Below, piece by piece: positions 25,359 to 32,000 of a DNA stretch of 32,000 nucleotides; the stretch's first letter is position 1, and every line of letters begins with the position of its first letter. The stretch covers positions 990,001 through 1,022,000 of the forward strand of contig NC_018655.1 in assembly GCF_000299365.1 (NCBI RefSeq), read 5' to 3'. This DNA comes from Candidatus Nitrosopumilus koreensis AR1. Lineage in GTDB: Archaea > Thermoproteota > Nitrososphaeria > Nitrososphaerales > Nitrosopumilaceae. The notes under the pieces were generated by a model, which worked only from the letters and a program-made list of their open reading frames with translations, was not told where the DNA came from and searched no databases. Both the position numbers and the translations under genes were made by a program.

Positions 25359-25772
25359 ATGCAAACAAACCAAACCACATCATGGAAGGAATTACAAGAT
25401 CAATTCCAGGACAGATTAAAAAAATTTGATGAGAATCTCACTACAATGCAGTTTTACGCAGAAGATCTTCAAAAGATTTACAGACACATAATGGAGAAAT
25501 CAAAAGACGATTCACCCGAAATAAGAAACAAATTCATAGATTTATGGCTAGACAAAATTGATGTAAAAAATGATGGCTCCCTTTTAGCAATTAAGGACGA
25601 TTATGAGACTTTTCTAAATGGGCCAAAGCCAGCATCTGCAGATTTTAAAAATTTTGAGGCATCTCTAGAACACAAATTGTATCAAAAATCAATAAGTTCT
25701 CTGGAAGCGTATCATTTGTTCATGAATGAGTTCTTTAACGCCTGGAAAAAGATGTGGAAAAACAAATCATAA
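25359..25772 (+). CDS. Hypothetical helical protein (137 aa from the ATG at 25359)
   Basis: I prefer ATG 25359 to the listed TTG 25338. It places the AGCTTA box 37-42 nt upstream and TATTTATTG about 20-28 nt upstream. Confidence 0.6.
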   Translation: MQTNQTTSWKELQDQFQDRLKKFDENLTTMQFYAEDLQKIYRHIMEKSKDDSPEIRNKFIDLWLDKIDVKNDGSLLAIKDDYETFLNGPKPASADFKNFEASLEHKLYQKSISSLEAYHLFMNEFFNAWKKMWKNKS

Positions 25773-25920
25773 TTAAACAACATTACTAAAACACATTTTT
25801 CATTGCAATAGAACAAAATACACAAAAATTTTCAGAAAAAAATGGGCATATAAGCTGATGTGATTTTTTTAAGCTAAATACATTATGAGGTTTTATCTTT
25901 TATGCAGAGTAATTAATATC

Positions 25921-26148
25921 ATGAATACAAACAACATTTGCCTGACAATTGCCGTTATTGCCATAGCGGGAATTTTAACAGGTACAACTCCAATTGCAAA
26001 TGCATGGTTATACAACATATATTCTGACAAACCGTTAGAGGTCACCACAGATACAATGCCATTTATCAAAGAATATGTAGACAATCTAGAAGAATATGTT
26101 GAAGAGCATGACATGGAATCCGTAGTATCTAATGACTTTATAGTATAG
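25921..26148 (+). CDS. Small membrane/secreted protein with an acidic C-terminal part
   Basis: MNTNNICLTIAVIAIAGILTGTTPIANA is signal/TM-like. I prefer it to the antisense ORF 25893-26171. The start could instead be 25885. Confidence 0.45.
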   Translation: MNTNNICLTIAVIAIAGILTGTTPIANAWLYNIYSDKPLEVTTDTMPFIKEYVDNLEEYVEEHDMESVVSNDFIV

Positions 26149-26384
26149 GAATCAGAGATCCTGTTTTTCATAATTGATACTACAATCTTGGTTTTTATTT
26201 GTTAAACATTTCTTGAATTCAACATCAAGACTATCTTGTATGTAATTATAATTTAAACAAATATTGCTCAGACATAAGCTTAAAAAATTAATTTAAAAAG
26301 ATTAGCTTATTGGAAAATAAATATTAAAATTCCATACAGCAGTGTAATGCAGAATAATTTTGTTGTTAGTTTATAGGAAATAAC

Positions 26385-28079
26385 ATGGTTGAAGAAGTGA
26401 TTGGAGAATTCAACTCTGTTTTTGATGCGTTAATTTCCAACATATCACTCCAATTTGCATTTTTGATATTAGGCATAGGAATTGTCATCATTGTTTTAGC
26501 CTATAGAAAATTTTCAAACTGGATATTAACAAGAAAATTCAGTTATACAAGACCGCATTTATCAAATTTTTTAAGAACTGCACTTTTACCGATTTTTGCA
26601 TTTATTCTAATTACATCTGTGAATGAATATGTTCAGATCATAGATATTTTTCCAGGAGTTCAACTAAATGAAAAAGAACTTCAACAAATATTTGTGAAAA
26701 TTTTAAACAGTATGAACTTAGCTGTTATAGGTTATACAGTAGCACATCTAATTCCAATAATTCTAAGAAAACACAACACTTCCAATGAAGAATGGAAAGA
26801 TTTCATTAAATGGCGAGACAAGAGAGGGTTTGAAGATGACGAAGATGATCTTTTCCATAAAATATACAAATGGAAGCCCCCAGAAGACCCTCCAGAAGAT
26901 TTAGACAAAGCAGAGTTTGAAAAACTTCTAAGTACAAAAGAAGGACGAAAAACGCTTGAAAATTATAGAACAAGCGAAGAGTTTGAAATAGGAGTTCTAA
27001 TCCCTTTAGTAAAAAACCCCTTTGAAACATGGAAAGAATCTGAAAGAAAGAAGTATGAAAAATATTATGAAAAATGTGTAAATGGGAACAATAACGCAGG
27101 TCACAAACTCCGTCCAGGCATAGAACCTGCAGAGATTTTTTCAATTGCCCAATGGAGACAGGAAAAAAGGTTGAATTACTATACACATGTCAAAGCAGGA
27201 GCAAAACCTTCAGGATATGCTGAAAAACAAAAGGAGTTAATGCCAAAATCATTAACATCATTTATTCCGCCACTAATTTTTTCAGGGTTTTTGATTAGTA
27301 TTCTAGTATGGTGGAACGTAGATCTGTTTGTTTTAGCAACAGCTCTGGCAGGATTAGGTGTAGGTATTGGATTTGCATTAAAAGAAACTTTAGAAAATCT
27401 GTTTGCATATCTTATGATTCGAAAAGACAAGGTGTTCATGGAAGGAGATCGTGTTTTAATTGATAATTATAATGGATATGTTCACAAAATCACAACAAGG
27501 ATCACTTACATAAGACACGCATTAAACGAATCAATTGCAATTTTCCCCACTAGACAGATGGTAGGTTCAAAAGTAATCAATTATTCAAAAAATAATGATT
27601 TTGTTCCTGCACAAATAAGAATAGGGACATCTTACCTGAATGATCCACAACAAGTTTGTTCAATACTAGTTAAAGTTGGAAAAAGGGCGATGAAAGAGGT
27701 CACAGATGACAATGGATTGCATCTTGCAGTACAAGAAAGATGTCCATATCTTGATCAGAATAAACCTAGTTGTGGATGTGATAAAGGAATAACAGACATG
27801 GAACAACCATGGGTTCTCTTTGACGAATTTGCGGATTCAGCTTTAATATTTCAGATGTGGATTTATGTTCGAAATTATGGTTCACAGTTCAAAATGAAGA
27901 GCAATCTCAGATTGATGGTGTACCAAGAATTTAAAAAACATGATATTCGAATTCCATGGCCTATACGCACAATTTATTCAGGGGATCAAGTCAAAGAAGA
28001 AAAAGAGATAGAAAAACTAGAAAAAGACAGACAGAAAACATATGACGAGTACGGTCCAGGTAAAATGAACGAATTTTAG
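26385..28079 (+). CDS. Large MscS-family mechanosensitive channel
   Basis: 564 aa with N-terminal TM helices and a charged insert of about 170 aa. The TM3/beta domain reads LATALAGLGVGIGFALKETLENLFAYLMI...EGDRVLIDNYNGYVHKITTRITYIRHALNESIAIFPTRQM. A full C-terminal domain is present. Confidence 0.85.
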   Translation: MVEEVIGEFNSVFDALISNISLQFAFLILGIGIVIIVLAYRKFSNWILTRKFSYTRPHLSNFLRTALLPIFAFILITSVNEYVQIIDIFPGVQLNEKELQQIFVKILNSMNLAVIGYTVAHLIPIILRKHNTSNEEWKDFIKWRDKRGFEDDEDDLFHKIYKWKPPEDPPEDLDKAEFEKLLSTKEGRKTLENYRTSEEFEIGVLIPLVKNPFETWKESERKKYEKYYEKCVNGNNNAGHKLRPGIEPAEIFSIAQWRQEKRLNYYTHVKAGAKPSGYAEKQKELMPKSLTSFIPPLIFSGFLISILVWWNVDLFVLATALAGLGVGIGFALKETLENLFAYLMIRKDKVFMEGDRVLIDNYNGYVHKITTRITYIRHALNESIAIFPTRQMVGSKVINYSKNNDFVPAQIRIGTSYLNDPQQVCSILVKVGKRAMKEVTDDNGLHLAVQERCPYLDQNKPSCGCDKGITDMEQPWVLFDEFADSALIFQMWIYVRNYGSQFKMKSNLRLMVYQEFKKHDIRIPWPIRTIYSGDQVKEEKEIEKLEKDRQKTYDEYGPGKMNEF

Positions 28080-28209
28080 CAACAATGAGAGATTACGGAC
28101 ACGCGGTAATCGGAGTTTTCAATTCTAAATTTGAAATTAAGCTATGAAAGTGAAAATCATGTCAAACTAATACAGATTGTTTTATCCAATTTTTGTATAA
28201 ATTAAAAAG

Positions 28210-28695
28210 ATGGAGGAAAATACGTTTTTTGCAATAATTTCAGTTATCATCACGGCATCGATTTTCATCATAGTCAAGATAGTTGAATTGACAAAATTCA
28301 GGACATTGTTAGGCTCAGGTAAAGCAACAGGCGTCATTTTCATAATTATTGCAATAGCAGAAGTGATGTATCTTGCAGTAACATTAAAAATTCTTTCACC
28401 AGCAATAGAGGTGGTAACATCACTTAGTGCAATATTGTTATTTTTCACATTTATTTATCTCAACAAATTGCAAAATGCAATTTCCGGTATGAGCATCGCA
28501 TTGGGAAGAAGGATTAATGTGGGAAGCAAGATTGAATTTGAAAACAAATCAGGCAAAATCATCCAAATAGGCCTGACAAAAACAATTGTAGAGTTAGAAG
28601 ACTCTAGAATAATGCTAATACCAAACAAAAAATTTGATGAGGAAGTATCCGTAGTAACTAATTCAAAAATACCAAACAAAAAGTTTGAAAAATAA
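28210..28695 (+). CDS. Minimal MscS-family homolog, paralog of 10909-11376
   Basis: 161 aa. LNKLQNAISGMSIALGRRINVGSKIEFENKSGKIIQIGLTKTIVELEDSRIMLIPNKKF aligns to the other mini-MscS and to the MscS TM3/beta core. It is truncated at the same point after the beta domain. Confidence 0.75.
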   Translation: MEENTFFAIISVIITASIFIIVKIVELTKFRTLLGSGKATGVIFIIIAIAEVMYLAVTLKILSPAIEVVTSLSAILLFFTFIYLNKLQNAISGMSIALGRRINVGSKIEFENKSGKIIQIGLTKTIVELEDSRIMLIPNKKFDEEVSVVTNSKIPNKKFEK

Positions 28696-28720
28696 AAAAT
28701 CACATATTTCTAAATAATCT

Positions 28721-28903
28721 TTATTCAGTGACTTTTATTTCGGATTTTTCTGCTTTAAATCCTGTTTTTACATGTGTTCCATCACAGCTGGGTTGTGTTT
28801 GGGATCTTCCACATCTACACAATGTAACAGAAGTTTTCTTATCAACTTCAACCAACAAAGGACCATCTTTTAATGCTTTGATAATTACATTTGGCATGAT
28901 CAT
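28721..28903 (-). CDS. CDGSH-type iron-sulfur domain protein (single domain)
   Basis: CRCGRSQTQPSCDGTH matches the CDGSH signature C-x-C-x2-(S/T)-x3-P-x-C-D-G-(S/A/T)-H. Length 60 aa. Confidence 0.8.
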   Translation of the reverse strand: MIMPNVIIKALKDGPLLVEVDKKTSVTLCRCGRSQTQPSCDGTHVKTGFKAEKSEIKVTE

Positions 28904-29135
28904 ATTTGATAAGTATAATCAAAAAAAGTACCTAAGCTTTTTCATTTAATTTCAGCTTTGTTGTTAAACAAGATTAAAGTTGTTTTGTTGGCAACATCAA
29001 CAATGACAAATATGCAACAATTTCTAGTTGATCAGAAAAACAGATTAGTTGTAACATACAACAGTGAAAAATTCCTCAACAAAAACAATACACTAACACC
29101 ATAAACCGAACACGCGTTTAATTTTATTTTATAAC

Positions 29136-30439
29136 ATGCCTGAAAAACAATCAGAAAAATGGAATTCTGGGTTCGGTTTTCTGTTAGCATGCATAGGTTC
29201 TGCTGTAGGAATGGGAAATATCTGGAGGTTCCCTTATGTTGCAGGAGAAAACGGAGGCGGGGGATTCCTAGTACCTTTTTTGATAATTGTAGCAAGCTTT
29301 GGATTTTTGCTGATGCTTTTAGAGTTTGCAATAGGACGCAAATACAAATCGTCAATAGTGACGGGAATGGCCAACATTTCAAAAAAATTTCGGTGGATAG
29401 GCGCCTTTATTGCGGTAGTGGCTTTCTCAATTTTGAGTTTTTATCTTGTGATTCTTGGCTGGGTGTTGTCATTTTTTGTATCAAATCTTGGTCAATCATT
29501 CCTAGATTTCCAACAGTATTCACAAACATTTTTCCCCGTAGTGTCATTTGTGGCAATTTTGTTTGTTACTTATTTGATCATTAATAGAGGAATCGCATCA
29601 GGGATAGAATTATTCAACAAAGTTGGAATTTTATGCCTAATTGCAATCCTCATTCCTTTAATGGTTTATGCCACAACATTACCAAATGCAGACAAAGGGA
29701 TTGCTTATTTCCTAAACCCAGACTTTTCTAAAATAACAGAACCAAATACATGGTCGATAGCACTAGGCCAAGCATTTTTCTCTTTATCCCTAGGTTCAGG
29801 TTCCCTACTGACATACAGCAGTTATCTACGAGGAAAACACTCCATGACACGTTCATCAGGAATAATCATTTTCTCAAATACTGCCATTTCAATAATTGCA
29901 GGGTTGATGATATTTTCATTTGTTTTTTCATACAGACTAGATCCAGAGGCAGGAATACCATTGATTTTTGAAGTGTTGCCAACTATCTTTTCAAATATTT
30001 ACATAGGATACATAATTGGCTCTGTTTTTTCTTTTTGTTATTGATAGCAGGACTGACATCAGCATTGGGAATGTTTCAAGTTCCAAACGCATCACTACAA
30101 GACACATTCAAAATATCTAACAAAAAATCAAGTAGAATTGTTTCTTTGGGACTGCTTGCAGTAGGGCTACCATCAGCTTTGAGCTACAGTCCAATAAATC
30201 TGAATATTTTTGGAACGCCTTTTTTGGATGGGATGGATTACATCTTTGGCACATATGGAATTGTCATATCAGAGTTACTCTTTGTAGTGGCAGTTACATG
30301 GGTTGTAGATAAAACAAAGATCTTAGAACATATCAACACTAATTCCAGTCTCAAGATACCAGAGTCTGCAATATCATTCATTAAATTCGGAGCACCAGTT
30401 GCCTCAATAGTGGTTATTTTAACAAGTATGTTTGTTTAA
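29136..30439 (+). pseudogene. Neurotransmitter:sodium symporter (NSS/SNF) family transporter split by a frameshift in a T-run
   Basis: The N-terminal signature WNSGFGFLLACIGSAVGMGNIWRFPYVAGENGGGGFLVPFLI is present. ORF 29136-30044 ends just after T6-c-T5 (30025-30036), and ORF 30035-30439 continues in the -1 frame. Adding one T gives GSVFFFLLLIAGLTSALG, the conserved NSS TM motif. Confidence 0.85.
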
Positions 30440-30441
30440 GA

Positions 30442-31140
30442 TTATTTGAGTCCAGCTTTTTCTTTCATTTTTGAAAATGATCTTCCCTCACCATGACGTG
30501 GATTTGGTTTTCTTTGTTTTAGACGAGTTTTTGTTCCAATTTTTGCAGATTTTTCTTTTACTATCAACACAGGAATGTCTGAATTTTGCATTACAAAATT
30601 AGAAACACTTCCAAAAATTAACTCCTTTAGCATTCCTTTACCTGAGGAGCCCATAATGATCATATCATATTTGGATTTTTTTGAGATTTTGATAATCTCT
30701 TCAGGTTCATGACCACGTACAGTCATTTGTTTAGCTACTATGTTTCTTTCATCACAGTAATCTTTTGCATACTTGAGGGATATTTTTGAAGTTTTTTGAA
30801 GTTCCTTTGCTATCTCTTTCATAAAGATCCTATTTCCCACCTTGAGATCAGGAATAACATACAATAATGTGATTTTTGAGCCCAATTGTTTTGCAAAATA
30901 TATGGCAGCATCTAATGCCCTTGTTGATTTTTCAGATATGTCTACTGGAACCAAGATGCTATCAATTCCTTTGCGAATAATTTTTTTCTCATTTCTATTA
31001 CATTTTTCACATAAAGGTAAACGAATCGAGGATTTGATATCTATCTCTCCAATAAACTTGCCACAGACAGAGCACTTTACTTGTTTTTTATCATAAATGT
31101 TCATAGTATGTTTTGAATTAGCATTATTTTGATTTATCAT
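30442..31140 (-). CDS. Universal stress protein (UspA domain) with an N-terminal zinc-ribbon and a basic C-terminal tail
   Basis: USP core: ILVPVDISEKSTRALDAAIYFAKQLGSKITLLYV ... IIMGSSGKGMLKELIFGSVSNFVMQNSDIPVLIV. The N-terminus has CSVCGKF...CEKCN. Confidence 0.85.
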   Translation of the reverse strand: MINQNNANSKHTMNIYDKKQVKCSVCGKFIGEIDIKSSIRLPLCEKCNRNEKKIIRKGIDSILVPVDISEKSTRALDAAIYFAKQLGSKITLLYVIPDLKVGNRIFMKEIAKELQKTSKISLKYAKDYCDERNIVAKQMTVRGHEPEEIIKISKKSKYDMIIMGSSGKGMLKELIFGSVSNFVMQNSDIPVLIVKEKSAKIGTKTRLKQRKPNPRHGEGRSFSKMKEKAGLK

Positions 31141-31337
31141 GTATTAAGCTATAATTGATATTTTCAAACCATCAGCTTATTTGAATAAAAGATGTGAGGG
31201 AGAAAATGAACAAAACAATACGAATAGGCATTAAATGATTATTGCAATTTAAATTCACAAATTTGCATAAGCTGTATTTGTTAATTTCAGCTGATTTTAG
31301 TATTAGAACTAAAGTAATTTTGAGACTAAACCATTGT

Positions 31338-31553
31338 ATGTCAAAACTACAACTACTTCAACAACTAGTTGAAGACAAAGGTGAGCTGATGGTAATGTCA
31401 GACACTGGTGAGAAATTTGAACTTCACAAACACAATGTAAAGTTTGACGACTCATCAGATCTAATAGAAATTGATGGGGGAACTAAGAGGTTCTGGCTTG
31501 TTCCATCAAAGATTGCATACTATTGGACTCACGACAAAGCCAGAGAAGAGTAA
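31338..31553 (+). CDS. Hypothetical protein (71 aa from ATG 31338)
   Basis: I prefer the internal ATG (MSKLQLLQQLVEDKGE...). The listed 5' extension translates promoter-like AT-rich sequence. Confidence 0.45.
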   Translation: MSKLQLLQQLVEDKGELMVMSDTGEKFELHKHNVKFDDSSDLIEIDGGTKRFWLVPSKIAYYWTHDKAREE

Positions 31554-31707
31554 TTCTTCCCAGGTTCTATTACTGCCAAATATTTTTTTATTTTAAAATT
31601 GGTATTATTTTTGTGAAAGTTTAGAAAGTTCCAATTTTTTCATTATTTTTTGGTTTTATTGTCAAGTATTATGATCTTTTAAGTACTATTCCAACACTTA
31701 TTTTTCA

Positions 31708-32000
31708 ATGACTAAATCAATGAGAGCTACGACTTTTCTATTGTTACTATCAATCATGCTAATCTTAGCACCTTCAAGTGTTATGGCACAAACTGAAGTT
31801 GGTGTGGAATCTGAAACAAAGGCAAATGTAGGTGTTAATGTTGGCGCAGATAGCGGAACAAATGCAACAGCAAAATCTGAAACAAAAGCTGAAGCAAAGA
31901 CTGAAGCAAATCCTAAATCTCAAGAAAATGAATCTTCAGAATCTCAACAATCCTCTGAGGCACAGTCAGAAGCATCTGCAAAATCTGAAACAAAAGTCCA
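31708..32000 (+). CDS. Secreted low-complexity (E/S/K/A/T-rich) protein, 3'-truncated by window edge
   Basis: ATG at 31708. A signal peptide MTKSMRATTFLLLLSIMLILAPSSVMA-QT is followed by repeated SETKA-type low-complexity sequence. The frame is open to the window end. Confidence 0.5.
   Translation, partial: MTKSMRATTFLLLLSIMLILAPSSVMAQTEVGVESETKANVGVNVGADSGTNATAKSETKAEAKTEANPKSQENESSESQQSSEAQSEASAKSETKV

Noticed and set aside
25848-25860. ATAAGCTGAT copy at 25848 as a promoter box for a minus-strand gene
   Set aside because: The only minus-strand ATG at suitable spacing opens a 5-codon ORF. The site is more likely part of the plus-strand 25921 promoter region, or non-functional.
25893-26171. 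92-aa minus-strand ORF antisense to the 25921-26148 gene
   Set aside because: Its S/T-rich sequence has no features. The plus-strand ORF has a signal/TM-like N-terminus and an upstream AT-rich box. Both calls remain weak.
1-32000. Search for tRNA, rRNA, transposases, integrases, prophage or defence-system genes
   Set aside because: I saw no cloverleaf-capable G+C-rich segments and no recombinase, Cas or restriction-enzyme signatures in any ORF. The ParB-like and methyltransferase-like genes alone do not support a mobile-element or R-M call.

Overview
AT-rich (about two-thirds A+T by eye) archaeal chromosomal segment, most consistent with a marine ammonia-oxidising thaumarchaeon (Nitrosopumilus-like). 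Supporting this: two TFB paralogs, aIF-1A, a PEFG-CTERM surface protein, and a hyp-ectABCD operon. I see no rRNA, tRNA, CRISPR array, transposase or integrase. Gene content is dominated by osmotic and envelope stress functions. These are a translationally coupled hydroxyectoine operon, a GltP-type (DAACS) transporter, three MscS-family genes (one large, two about 155-160 aa minimal forms), a CPA2 antiporter, an NSS symporter, a USP and a CDGSH protein. There are also two two-component systems: one in an operon with a secreted metzincin, one preceded by a small wHTH protein. Four points deserve a second look. (1) An AGCTTA box lies 32-42 nt upstream of the start codons of the ect operon, the mini-MscS operon, USP, CDGSH and several small or secreted genes, suggesting a shared promoter class or regulon. 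(2) Two paralogous, almost acid-free K/R/A/T repeat proteins are built on 54-bp and 12-bp tandem DNA repeats. (3) The two truncated MscS paralogs. (4) Four clear reading-frame breaks plus one suspected break all sit in runs of 5-6 identical bases, in a histidine kinase (two), a basic protein, the NSS transporter and possibly the protease. These could be assembly errors or real pseudogenes. All calls come from reading the ORF translations and sequence by eye; no searches were run.
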